Below, piece after piece: positions 9,006-18,046 of a stretch of DNA of 64,000 bases (the stretch's first letter is position 1; each line of letters opens with the position of its first letter). The stretch lies in assembly GCA_963755935.1 (NCBI GenBank), contig CAVWME010000015.1, forward strand, positions 23,141-87,140, given 5' to 3'. The notes below the pieces were generated by a model. It was not told where the DNA came from and did no database searches. It saw nothing but the letters and a program-made list of their open reading frames with translations. The position numbers and the translations under genes are program-made. Source of the DNA: an uncultured Gammaproteobacteria bacterium. GTDB taxonomy: Bacteria > Pseudomonadota > Gammaproteobacteria > Steroidobacterales > Steroidobacteraceae.

Positions 9006-9433
9006 TGGGGCAGCACGAAATAGCCGAGAAGAATGAGAACCGAGCCGGCTGCGGCGCCCGCGCCAAAGATACTACCCCAGAGCGCCAGAAAGCAGGTTCG
9101 CTGGGCGCTCGCGCGGAGGACCTCTGCGGCGTCTGGCCGCAGCACCTCGGCACTGCGACGATAGGATCGCAGCGAGCTTGCCAACGCGAGCAAAGACACG
9201 AGACATGCAGCGATCATGACGATCGCAATAGCCGGGCGGGTCCAGACGAGAGGGGCCGGCAGCGTCAAACGCCGCTCGGATCCCGGGTAGCAGGACTGGC
9301 TTGCCAGCGCATAGCCCGCGTAAAGCTGCACGAGCCAGGCGAGCGGACCGGCAAACAGCGCAAAGAAGGTCCCATGCAGCTGTCTTCTTTCCTCCTGAGG
9401 TTGCGTATGCAGAGCGACCACTGGAGTGTTCAT
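8993..9433 (-). CDS. hydrophobic membrane protein of the oxidase cluster (possible small oxidase subunit)
   Basis: C-terminal part of ORF 8993..9967, starting at MAMNTPVV. ATG 9433 forms an ATGA overlap with the ctaE stop (alternative start 9439). It has about four hydrophobic segments and I recognise no motif. Confidence 0.55.
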   Translation of the reverse strand: MNTPVVALHTQPQEERRQLHGTFFALFAGPLAWLVQLYAGYALASQSCYPGSERRLTLPAPLVWTRPAIAIVMIAACLVSLLALASSLRSYRRSAEVLRPDAAEVLRASAQRTCFLALWGSIFGAGAAAGSVLILLGYFVLPQCAG

Positions 9434-10047
9434 TGCCATTGACCGAAACCGAGGTAGGGCGAGAGGTAGAAGGTCACGAAAATCGCGAGCCATATCGCGG
9501 TGACGAAGTACCAGTACAGTGCGCTTGCCGTCACGACAATGCTGCGCCGTGCGCTGAAGTAGCCGAGCGCAGTCCACAGAATTACAAAGGCGAAAATGCC
9601 GATCCCGACCAGCCAGTGCAGCAGATCGAGTCCCGTGGTCACGAAATAGATCGATGCATAGCTCGAGGTGCCGAGTTGGTAGGGCTTCGCCTGCCAGTCG
9701 AGGATCTCCAGGCCGACGAACCCGATGCCGAGCAGCAGAGCGACGCTGAATGCGAGCACGGCGTTTGCCCGACGCTCCGAGAGAACCGCGCGCACGCCCC
9801 ACCACGTCAGAGCGCACGAGATCAGCGCGATGACCGTGCTCGGCAGGGCATATTTGAGAGAGGGATGCGGTTCCAACAGCCAGCCCGGCGACCCTTGCGC
9901 GCCGAGATAAAAGTACGAGAACAAGAGATAGGTGAATAGGGCCGCCTCGGTGGCGATGACCGTCCACATCCCCCAGATACCGACCCCTCGCCGGACCGTC
10001 GGCCCGACGGGGAGATCCTGCGGCTGACTGACGGCATGCTCAGCCAT
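9430..10047 (-). CDS. ctaE: cytochrome c oxidase subunit III
   Basis: Part of ORF 9430..10095, starting at MAEHAVSQ (8-nt overlap with the ctaD stop). The heme-copper oxidase subunit III pattern is GIWGMWTVIATEAALF...YFVTTGLDLLHWLVG...YWYFVTAIWL. Confidence 0.85.
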   Translation of the reverse strand: MAEHAVSQPQDLPVGPTVRRGVGIWGMWTVIATEAALFTYLLFSYFYLGAQGSPGWLLEPHPSLKYALPSTVIALISCALTWWGVRAVLSERRANAVLAFSVALLLGIGFVGLEILDWQAKPYQLGTSSYASIYFVTTGLDLLHWLVGIGIFAFVILWTALGYFSARRSIVVTASALYWYFVTAIWLAIFVTFYLSPYLGFGQWQ

Positions 10048-11977
10048 GCGTCGGCTCCCGCTCCCGCAACTCGACGGCGGGCCACAACCACGCAATCAGC
10101 GCGAGTACGGCAATCACGGCGCCGATGATGCCGCCGGTCGGGCTCTTGAAGAGGAGCGCCACGAAAATCATTGCGGCGCCCACGGCAAGCCAGAACGGCG
10201 CATAGCTGTCCTCGGCCATTTGCAGCACGATGTCGGGCACTGCATCCACAGCGGTCGTGCCAATCGTCTGCTTGCCTTCCGTGAGCAGCATGCCGCGGTC
10301 GATGGTCGAGACGAGCCCCCCTTCACCGATACGGTCCTCCCACAGCGGATGGCGCGAGGCGACCGTCGGAATGACCGCGAAGTTATAGGGCGGGGGCGGC
10401 GAGGGCACGGCCCATTCGAGCGAGTAAGCGTCCCAGGGATTCGCGCCCGCGGGATCGCCGGACTTGCGGCTTTTCAGGACGTTCACGAGCAACAGCAGCA
10501 AACCGAAGGCGAACAGGAAGCTGCCGATCGATGTGAGGAGATTGAGCGGGCCCCAGCCTCCGTAGGCCCCATAGGTGTACACGCGGCGCGGCATGCCGAG
10601 GAGCCCCGTCAAGTGCATCGGCAGGAAGGCCAGATTGAAGCCCAAGAACATCGTCCAGAAGTTGAGTTTCCCGAGACGCTCGTCGAGCATGCGACCCGTG
10701 AATTTCGGGAACCAGAAGTAGATACCGCCGACCACCGAGAAGACGTTGATGCCGATCAGCACGTAATGAATATGGGCCACCACGAAATACGTGTCGGTCA
10801 GCTGCAAGTCGACCGGAACGCTTGCCGTCATGAACCCCGACACCCCGCCGATCACGAATAGCAGGATCATCGACGAGAAGAAGAGAAAAGGTGTCCGATA
10901 CACCGGGCGTCCGTACCAGATGGTGGCGATCCAGGCGAACACCGAGACGGCGGAGGGCAGGACGATAAGAAACGAGGCTCCGGAGAAGAACGACATGCCG
11001 AGGCCGGGGAGGCCGGTCGCGAACATATGATGCACCCAGACACCGAAGCCAAGAATCATGGTCGCGACGGTGGCGAAGGCAACGAGCGCGTAGCCGACGA
11101 TAGGGCGGCGGCAAAAGACCGGCAAACCGTCCGATACCATGCCCATCGCGGGCAGCACGATCGCATACACCCACGGGTGTCCGTATATCCAGAACAGGTG
11201 TTGCCACAGCAGCACCTGACCGCCGCCCGACGGCTGATAGAAATGCGTCCCGAAGTTGCGGTCCATCCAGAGCAAGAAGAAAGCGAGACTCACCGCGGGA
11301 ACGACGATGAGGTTCGCGACGTTCGCCGTGAGCGTGCCCCAAATCATGATCGGGATACGGTTGATGGACATGCCGGGCGCCCGTGTGCGAAACGCAGTCA
11401 CGATGAAGTTCGCGGCACCGACGGTGGTCGAAATGCCGAGCAGAATCATGCCGAGCGCGTAGAAGTCCTGGTTCAATCCCGGGTTGTAGTCGCGTTCCGC
11501 GTAAGGGACGTAGTTGAACCAGCCGTCGTTCGGCCCGTTGCCCGTGAGAAATCCGGCGTACAGGAAAATGCCGGCGGCCAGATAGACCCAATAGGAGAGT
11601 GCATTGAGGCGTGGAAAGGCCATATCGCGGCTGCCGAGCAGCAGCGGCCACAAATAGTTCGAGAAACCCGACAAGATCGGTGCGGCATACAGGAAGATCA
11701 TCGTCATGCCGTGAGTCGAGAACAGCTGGTTGTACTCGCTCGGCGTTAGCAGAGAGAGGTTGGGTCCCGCTAGCTGCAGCCGCATTACCAGCGCCTCGAT
11801 ACCGCCGAGGCCGAGAAATACGAAGGCCGTGATGATGTAGCGGATGCCGATCTGTTTGTGATCGACCGTGCCGAAGAAGCCCTTGATGCCGGGCTTGGTT
11901 TCCCAGAGCTCCTGCAGCTTCGCCTCGTGCTCGACGCCGCTGATGCCGATCTTGGGAGTGATCACCTCAGGCATCAT
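10040..11977 (-). CDS. ctaD: cytochrome c oxidase subunit I
   Basis: 645 aa, intact. It contains DHKQIGIRYI, FPRLNALSYW, WQHLFWIYGHPWVY, VWVHHMF and VVAHIHYV. Confidence 0.95.
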   Translation of the reverse strand: MMPEVITPKIGISGVEHEAKLQELWETKPGIKGFFGTVDHKQIGIRYIITAFVFLGLGGIEALVMRLQLAGPNLSLLTPSEYNQLFSTHGMTMIFLYAAPILSGFSNYLWPLLLGSRDMAFPRLNALSYWVYLAAGIFLYAGFLTGNGPNDGWFNYVPYAERDYNPGLNQDFYALGMILLGISTTVGAANFIVTAFRTRAPGMSINRIPIMIWGTLTANVANLIVVPAVSLAFFLLWMDRNFGTHFYQPSGGGQVLLWQHLFWIYGHPWVYAIVLPAMGMVSDGLPVFCRRPIVGYALVAFATVATMILGFGVWVHHMFATGLPGLGMSFFSGASFLIVLPSAVSVFAWIATIWYGRPVYRTPFLFFSSMILLFVIGGVSGFMTASVPVDLQLTDTYFVVAHIHYVLIGINVFSVVGGIYFWFPKFTGRMLDERLGKLNFWTMFLGFNLAFLPMHLTGLLGMPRRVYTYGAYGGWGPLNLLTSIGSFLFAFGLLLLLVNVLKSRKSGDPAGANPWDAYSLEWAVPSPPPPYNFAVIPTVASRHPLWEDRIGEGGLVSTIDRGMLLTEGKQTIGTTAVDAVPDIVLQMAEDSYAPFWLAVGAAMIFVALLFKSPTGGIIGAVIAVLALIAWLWPAVELREREPTHG

Positions 11978-12965
11978 CGCAGCGTCTCCAAGTAGGCGCG
12001 GACATCCGAGAGCTCCTGCGCGGATAGGAACTGATTCGGCATGAGCGACTCGGGTTTCACTGCCTGCGGATCCTCGATCCAGCCGGAAAGGTTTCCCGGA
12101 TTGTTGAGCAAGGTTCCCGCCGCGAGGGTGCGGCGGCTCGCAATGTGCGTGAGGTCAGGCGCCGAGAGCGCGCCGGCGAGCGTGCCGCGGACTTGATGAC
12201 ACAGGCCACAGCGGTATTCGACCAGCTGCTGTCCGCGCGTCTTGGTCCGGCGTGGTGGGTGCAGGGGCAGGTGCGAGTTGCGCCGCGCGCCATTGATCGA
12301 ATGCCGCGCGCGATTCGGCAATGACCTCGAGCGACATGTGGGCGTGCTGAGAGCCGCAGTACTCCGTGCATTGACCCCGGTAAAGTCCAGGACGGTCGGC
12401 TCTGATCCAGCTGAAGTTGACCTGACCCGGAATGGTGTCGGTCTTGCCGGTGAGCTTCGGCACCCAGAAGCTGTGGATGACGTCGCCCGCCGTGCAGCCG
12501 CACTAGGACGGTCTCATCCACGGGGATGTGGATCTCGTTCGCCGTCAAAAATACCTGGGCGGGCTCGGCCGAGTCGTAACGCACTTCCCACCACCATTGA
12601 TGACCGGTCACGTCGAGAACGAGTGCGGGGTCGGACGGAGGGCCGGAGGTGCTCGCGAGCGCGACCATGGTCCATACGAGCGCGATGATGAGCGGGATCG
12701 CGGAGATCGACACGCCGACGCTGATCCAGCGCACCGGATCGGCGCCGCGCACGAGCGGCACCTCCTTGATGCTCTGCGGAGACTCGGTACGAGACGCGGC
12801 CGCGGACGGGTTGCGGCGCACAGCCATCCAGAGGAGGACTGCGATGACGACGCAAACTACGACGGCGACCCAGAGCAAGTACCAGGTCAGCGGCAGTATG
12901 CGCTCGGCCCTCGTGCCGGCCGCGCTCAGATAGCTGAGTGGGAACTCGCTGAGTCCCGTGCTCAT
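11974..12965 (-). pseudogene. ctaC: cytochrome c oxidase subunit II fused to a cytochrome c domain (caa3 type); two apparent +1 frameshifts
   Basis: The protein is readable across three frames. (1) MSTGLSEF...VTGHQWWWEVRY...VLVRL, from ORF 12057..13337. (2) (AGDVIHSFW)VPKLTGKTDTIPGQ...CTEYCGSQHAHM, the CuA site, from ORF 12155..12463. (3) GQQLVEYRCGLCHQVRGT..., from ORF 11974..12321. The shifts lie near 12,490 and 12,240. Confidence 0.85.
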
Positions 12966-13702
12966 GCCGGCCGCGCCCTCGCGAGCCGGCTCCCAGAGCC
13001 GCTGCAACGAGCGCAGCGATGTCCACAGGAAAAGTCCGATTCCCGGCACCCACATCAGCGCTCCGCCCAGCTGCTGATCCTCGAGCGGCGTGAATCCCCA
13101 CGCCGGCGTGGTCAATAGATGCGGCGCGAACAGGGGATGCTCGGCGAGCGTCAGGATTGCTCCGAGCAAGCCCATCTGCATCGAGGACAGCACGCCTACG
13201 GCGAGGGCCTCGAAGGCCCGCTCGCTCGAGTGATGCAGAATTTCGCGCCACAGGAGAATGGCGCTGCCGAAAAGCGTCACATGCATCGACCAGTACACGG
13301 GCGTCGATGTGAACGTGGCCTCGTAGGGCAGCGGCATGTGCCAGAACCACAGGAAACCGAAGAACGCGCCGGCGGCAGTCCAGGAACGCCAGCCGCCTGC
13401 TCGCTCGCTGTGGCAGGCCGAGCGCGATGAGCGGCGCTGCGATCAGGATGAGCAGCATATGCTGGCCGATGCGTGCGGAGAACAGCGAGACCGACAGTGC
13501 GCAGAGCGGCGAGATGAGAGCCGCGGCCGCAACGAGCCAGCCGCCGGCCACGTAGCCTGCGACGCGCGGATCGCCGGACCGCGCGGACGTGCAAGCCGGC
13601 GAGGATCAGCAAGATCACGATAAGGACAGGGTCGACGTTGAAGCGGCCGAGAATCTCGCTCGGCAGCGGCGGCGTTCCGCAATATGGGATCAGCGAATGC
13701 AA
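12962..13702 (-). pseudogene. ctaG: caa3-type cytochrome oxidase assembly factor CtaG (membrane protein); about three apparent frameshifts
   Basis: The pieces are MHSLIPYCGTPPLPSEILGRFNVDPVLIVILLILAGLHV (ORF 13277..13702), AGYVAGGWLVAAAALISPLCALS...LIALGLPQRA (ORF 12514..13551) and WRSWTAAGAFFGFLWFWHMPLPYEATF...ALMWVPGIGLF (ORF 12057..13337). The shifts lie near 13,580 and 13,400. A third near 12,980 would restore an ATGA overlap with ctaC. Confidence 0.7.
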
Positions 13703-13826
13703 GTCGTCCTCCCCTCGAGCTCAGAGCGAACCGTATTCCGCTCTCAGCTACGAGTCTGTCAGGACCGTGTCAGCGGGTAGCGTAGGCGCAGCCCGACAGC
13801 GATAGGCTGCCGGGGCCAGGAACGAT

Positions 13827-14264
13827 TCAGTTGCGACGCGGATTCTCCGCCGAAGTGCGGACTTGGAATTGAACCGTCGACGACGAGCCGTCGGCGAAGT
13901 GCAAAGTGATCGGAACCGCGCCGTGCGGATCGAGCGTCTCGCGCGGCTGCATCAACATCAGATGAATCCCGCGCGCCTCGAAATCGAGCGTTGTATGAGG
14001 AGCGATGGAGACCCGCTCGAGCGGCGACATCCGCACGGTGCCGCCGGTCTGCAGCGTCTGATGAAGGGACAGATCGTGAAACGCGTCGCTCGTGGCCGAA
14101 GTCAGCACGACCGGCTGATCGGACACATTGGCGAGCGTCGCATAGCCGGCCAGCGGCACGCCGCCCGGCAACCATCGGATCCACGCCGACTTGATCTGCA
14201 CTGCCTGCGCTTGGGTCGTCTGGGCTCGCCGCAGTCGGCGCGACCACACAGGCGGAGGCGTCAC
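13827..14264 (-). CDS. copper chaperone PCu(A)C (DUF461)
   Basis: It has IKSAWIRWLPGG...AGYATLAN and the Cu(I) motif FHDLSLH...VRMSPL...GIHLMLM. The N-terminus is uncertain. The listed start is GTG 14264, and a signal-peptide-like stretch lies upstream without a start codon. Confidence 0.75.
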   Translation of the reverse strand: MTPPPVWSRRLRRAQTTQAQAVQIKSAWIRWLPGGVPLAGYATLANVSDQPVVLTSATSDAFHDLSLHQTLQTGGTVRMSPLERVSIAPHTTLDFEARGIHLMLMQPRETLDPHGAVPITLHFADGSSSTVQFQVRTSAENPRRN

Positions 14265-14318
14265 AAACAGCGCCGCCGCGCAAAGAGCGACGGTGGCAGT
14301 GCGGCCAAGGCAGCGCGC

Positions 14319-15412
14319 TTATGCCTGCGAATTCTGCATAGGGCATTTGTTTGACGTCTTTACGGTCGTGGCGTTCAAGGATTCCGCCAACTCGACGGAG
14401 CGTGGCGCTGCAAGGCCGCCGAACCGGCTATCCAGCTTATCGAGGGCATCCCGCGCTTTATCGAGTCTGCCGGCTTGCGCGAGATCTTGCACCCCGCGAA
14501 GCGCGGTATCCAGCGATGCGTCGACCTGCGCGCGGCACGCGGCGAGCTTGCGTGAGTCGGGCGCTCTCGGCGCGTCCAGCTGGCCGAGCAACCGATCGAT
14601 GGTGTTGCCATTCGGCAGCTCGTGGCCCAAGCCGGGTATCGAGGTGTCGGCCAGGTCGAACACGCACCAATCTGTCATCGATCTGCGGCTGACCCCGTCC
14701 TCCGCCAGATGGTAGGCATCCCGCGAGCCCGAGGCATACACCACGCGGCCCGACTTCTTGGAAGCGGGCAAAAATATCGGCGGGGGGCAGTGGCAGACGC
14801 GCGTCGCCCGCGTGGATCGCTGCCGGCGAGGAGCAAGCCGCCGCGAAACAGATCGGGATAGCCGATTGCGAGGTGCTCGGCTACACGAGCGCCGCCGGAG
14901 AATCCGGCTACGTAAATCCGCTGTGGATCGATCGCATAGCGGCTCACCACGTTCACCGCGCTGAGCAGCGCCAAAGGCTCGCGACGATCGAACACATCGG
15001 CGGCGTTTCCCGAACGGGCCGCAGTGACGAAAATCATGCCACGCCGGTCGAGCGCTGAGATCCAGTCCAACGGAATTCTGGCATCCTCGTACGGTGAGAC
15101 GAATACGAGCAGCGCGTAACCCTGCGGCGGGCTCTCGCGCGGCACGTATAAGCTGAAGCGCTCCTTGGCAAGGTCAAGCGGCTGGCCCTCTAGGCTTTTA
15201 CCGCTGCGGCTCGCTGCTTGCACCACGCGCCGCGCTTCGAGCGGACTTAGCATACGGCGCACGATTTCTGCGACGCTCGAGAGGGATGAATACTGAGTGA
15301 ACACCACGTTGCTCTGCCGACCGACGGGCGCTGCCTCGCTCGGCGACTGCGCCGCAAGGGGCGTCGTGCCCAGGGCGCCGACTGCCATCAATGCCCAGAT
15401 TCTAAAACACAT
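14319..15412 (-). pseudogene. secreted alpha/beta-hydrolase (esterase-like); one or two apparent frameshifts
   Basis: The start is [22 protein letters not shown] (ATG, complement of 15410-15412). The nucleophile elbow is VAGFSGGA. The reading frame continues in ORF 14319..14771 (LPASKKSGRVVYASGSRDAYH...). The shifts lie near 14,815 and at the A5/T5 run near 14,775. Confidence 0.65.
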
Positions 15413-15463
15413 AGTTCGTCGTATAACGAAGTGTCGTGGGTCAGCATGACGCAATATACCGCT

Positions 15464-15781
15464 ATGAACGTTACTTGCTTTATCCGTTACCAGATTGATC
15501 CCTTTCAGCGCGAGGAATTCCGGAAGTATGCGGAGAACTGGGGACGGATCATTCCTCGCTGCGGCGGGCGTCTCGTGGGATACTTTCTCCCCCACGAGGG
15601 AACGAATGACATCGCCTGGGGTTTGATTGCGTTCGATAGCCTCGCGTCTTATGAATCCTACCGCAAGCGCCTGAAGGCCGATCCGGAGGCGCGCGAGAAT
15701 TTTGCCTTCGCACAGGGCGGACGCCTGATCCTGCGCGAGGAGAGAACTTTTCTGGAGGCGGTGGCGGGAACGATTGGCTGA
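15464..15781 (+). CDS. NIPSNAP family protein
   Basis: [27 protein letters not shown]...[11 protein letters not shown] is typical of the family. The alternative starts 15431 (GTG) and 15446 (ATG) are in frame. Confidence 0.75.
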   Translation: MNVTCFIRYQIDPFQREEFRKYAENWGRIIPRCGGRLVGYFLPHEGTNDIAWGLIAFDSLASYESYRKRLKADPEARENFAFAQGGRLILREERTFLEAVAGTIG

Positions 15782-15797
15782 GCTTAGGTAAAATGCC

Positions 15798-16271
15798 GTG
15801 GAGCTGACTTCCGATTTGGTGGATAAGCACGGAGATCATATTCGCACTTGCTCGGTGCAGTTCCGCCAGTACGGCCGAGTGTTGCGTTTCTGTGGCCCGA
15901 TTCGGACTATCAAGACATTCCGGGATAACGCTCTGATCAAAGCGACGCTGTCCGAAGCAGGCGGCGGCGCGGTGCTCGTTATCGACGGCGCTGCCTCGCT
16001 GGAGTCGGCACTGGTCGGCGATTTGATCGCCGGCCTCGCGCTGGGTAACGGATGGGCGGGTCTTGTGATATGGGGCGCCGTCAGGGACAGCGTCGCGTTG
16101 GGCCAACTCGATCTCGGGATCAAGGCGCTCGGCTCCAATCCCCGCAAGAGCGGCAAGAGCTTGCTTGGCCAGATGGATATACCGGTCGAATTTGGCGGAG
16201 TCACTTTTCGACCCGGCGATTGGCTCTACAGCGATGAGGACGGCATCGTCGTGAGTGATCGGCAACTCTAA
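15798..16271 (+). CDS. rraA: RraA family protein (RNase E regulator / 4-hydroxy-4-methyl-2-oxoglutarate aldolase family)
   Basis: 157 aa with a GTG start. It contains GGGAVLVIDGAASLESALVGDLIA...GWAGLVIWGAVRD...GDWLYSDEDGIVV. Confidence 0.85.
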   Translation: MELTSDLVDKHGDHIRTCSVQFRQYGRVLRFCGPIRTIKTFRDNALIKATLSEAGGGAVLVIDGAASLESALVGDLIAGLALGNGWAGLVIWGAVRDSVALGQLDLGIKALGSNPRKSGKSLLGQMDIPVEFGGVTFRPGDWLYSDEDGIVVSDRQL

Positions 16272-16273
16272 TG

Positions 16274-16290
16274 GGCTGAGGGATTCGAAC
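16274..16290. repeat. 17-bp copy (ggctgagggattcgaac) of the T-loop/T-stem/acceptor part of tRNA-Thr; putative distal att scar
   Basis: Exact 17/17 match to 21257-21273 in the same orientation. It lies in the rraA-arsR spacer and the flanks diverge immediately. Confidence 0.6.
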
Positions 16291-16317
16291 AAACGCGATA
16301 ACGAGCTGTATGCCTCC

Positions 16318-16344
16318 TTGACACTACGACTATTCTCGTAATAT
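16318..16344 (+). promoter_or_regulatory. candidate sigma70 promoter of the ars operon (TTGACA-15 nt-TAATAT)
   Basis: There is a perfect -35 at 16318-16323 and TAATAT at 16339-16344, 10 nt before the arsR GTG. The spacer is short (15 nt), and this arrangement would give a near-leaderless transcript. Confidence 0.3.
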
Positions 16345-16353
16345 CGTATTGAG

Positions 16354-16713
16354 GTGAAAACCCCTGAGATTATCGAAGCGCTTGGCGCCCTGGCACATGA
16401 GCATCGGCTCGCCATCTACCGACTGCTTGTGCAGCGCGGTCCGGAAGGGTTGTCGGCCGGTACCATCGGCCAGCGCGTCGGGCTATTGCCGTCCTCCCTC
16501 ACGTTCCACCTGCAGACGTTACAGCGAGCGGGGCTGACTACGCAGCGCCGCGAAAGCCGTCAGCTCTTCTACGCGGCCGACTTCGCTGTGATGAACGGGC
16601 TCGTGGGGTACCTGACCGAGAACTGCTGCGCCGATAGCGACGCTGAATGTTCCGCGAGCTGCGCACCGGCTACCGCCCCGAAGGTCACCCGGCGTGCGTC
16701 CAAAGTCGCCTAA
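16354..16713 (+). CDS. arsR: ArsR/SmtB family metalloregulator with a C-terminal Cys cluster
   Basis: It has a winged HTH (HEHRLAIYRLLVQRGPEGLSAGTIGQRVGLLPSSLTFHLQTLQRAGL). There is no CVC motif in helix 3. Instead it has ENCCADSDAECSASC near the C-terminus. Confidence 0.85.
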   Translation: MKTPEIIEALGALAHEHRLAIYRLLVQRGPEGLSAGTIGQRVGLLPSSLTFHLQTLQRAGLTTQRRESRQLFYAADFAVMNGLVGYLTENCCADSDAECSASCAPATAPKVTRRASKVA

Positions 16714-16724
16714 AGAGTCTGTCC

Positions 16725-17249
16725 GTGTCCATACCGGCTTCGAGGACCTACAACGTCCTTTTTCTGTGCACAGGTAACTCCGCGCGGAGCATCCTCGCCG
16801 AGTCGCTGCTCAATCATTGGGGCTGCGGCAAGTTCCGCGCCTTCAGCGCCGGAAGCTTTCCCAAAGGCCAAGTGCATCCGATGGCTCTCGATCTGCTCCG
16901 GCGCATGAATCTCCCCGCGGAGAATCTTCGAAGCAAGAGCTGGGACGAGTTTGCAGCTCCCGGCGCGCCGGCCGTCGATCTCATCTTCACCGTCTGCGAC
17001 AACACGGCCGGTGAGGTCTGCCCGATCTGGCCGGGAAAGCCGATGACGGCGCACTGGGGGATCGCAGACCCAGCAGCGGTTGAAGGCAGCGATGCCGAGA
17101 AGGCATTTGCCTTCCGCCAGGCGTTCCGAGAGCTGGAAACTCGCATCAAACTCTTGACGAGTTTGCCAATCGACTCGCTCGACCGGATGGCGCTGCAATC
17201 CAAGCTCCGCGAGATCGGAAGGACCGGTATGGCTGCCGAGTCCACCTGA
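16725..17249 (+). CDS. arsC: arsenate reductase, LMW-PTPase (thioredoxin-coupled) type
   Basis: Part of ORF 16647..17249, starting at GTG 16725, the first start after the arsR stop. It has the P-loop LCTGNSARS and the downstream Cys pair FTVCDNTAGEVCP. Confidence 0.85.
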   Translation: MSIPASRTYNVLFLCTGNSARSILAESLLNHWGCGKFRAFSAGSFPKGQVHPMALDLLRRMNLPAENLRSKSWDEFAAPGAPAVDLIFTVCDNTAGEVCPIWPGKPMTAHWGIADPAAVEGSDAEKAFAFRQAFRELETRIKLLTSLPIDSLDRMALQSKLREIGRTGMAAEST

Positions 17250-17250
17250 G

Positions 17251-17928
17251 ATGCCGTACCGGGCGCTCGGCGCCGAGTTGTTGGGATCCATTCTGCTGGC
17301 TGCGACCGTGATCGGCTCGGGCATCATGGCCGAGCGATTGGCAGGTGGCAATCTGGCCGTAGCGTTACTCGCAAACACGGGAGCGACGGTCGCAGCGCTC
17401 GCAACACTGATTGCGCTCTTTGGCCCTATCAGCGGCGCACACTTCAACCCAGCCGTGTCGATCGTCGAAGCGATCCGCGGAAAGCTGTCTGTTCAGCAAA
17501 CAGCCGCTTACGTCATCGTTCAAGTCGGCGGGTGCTGTTTGGGCGCACTGTTGGCGCACGCGATGTTCGAGATGCCGCTGATACAGCCGTCACTGCACCT
17601 ACGAACAGGGCCCGCTCAATGGCTGTCCGAGGCGGTGGCCACAGCAGGGTTGATTTTGGTCATCATCGGATCTTCCGGCTCGAATGATGCCGCTTGGCGC
17701 GTGTCAGCGTGGATTGGCGCCGCCTATTGGTTTACGGCTTCGACATCCTTCGCCAACCCGGCAATCACCATCGCGCGTTCTCTCAGCAACACATTCGCCG
17801 GCATCGCTCCAATGCACGTTGCTGGTTTCATCGCGGCGCAACTCGGAGGAGCCGTGCTCGGTCTGGTGTTGGCCAGGCTCCTTCTATCAAATGCAACTCG
17901 GAGCCAGGCCCAATCGTGGCGCGGCTAG
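17251..17928 (+). CDS. aqpS: MIP-family aquaglyceroporin (AqpS-like arsenite channel)
   Basis: 225 aa with two NPA boxes (HFNPAVS and FANPAIT). It starts 2 nt after arsC. Confidence 0.85.
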   Translation: MPYRALGAELLGSILLAATVIGSGIMAERLAGGNLAVALLANTGATVAALATLIALFGPISGAHFNPAVSIVEAIRGKLSVQQTAAYVIVQVGGCCLGALLAHAMFEMPLIQPSLHLRTGPAQWLSEAVATAGLILVIIGSSGSNDAAWRVSAWIGAAYWFTASTSFANPAITIARSLSNTFAGIAPMHVAGFIAAQLGGAVLGLVLARLLLSNATRSQAQSWRG

Positions 17929-18046
17929 CGGCGGATGACCGAGCCGCGCGGGTCCGGTATCCTTCCTAGCGGTCTCAGGCGTTAACTGGCGGCCGCGCAT
18001 TGTTTCAGAACGGGTGCGAGTCGCTGATTAAGGAAGCGCTTACGTC

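Noticed and set aside
12057-13551. The 426-aa and 345-aa minus-strand ORFs, which could be read as novel large membrane proteins.
   Set aside because: They are chimeras created by frameshifts. Each contains a true segment of ctaG or ctaC followed by out-of-frame Arg/Ala-rich sequence.
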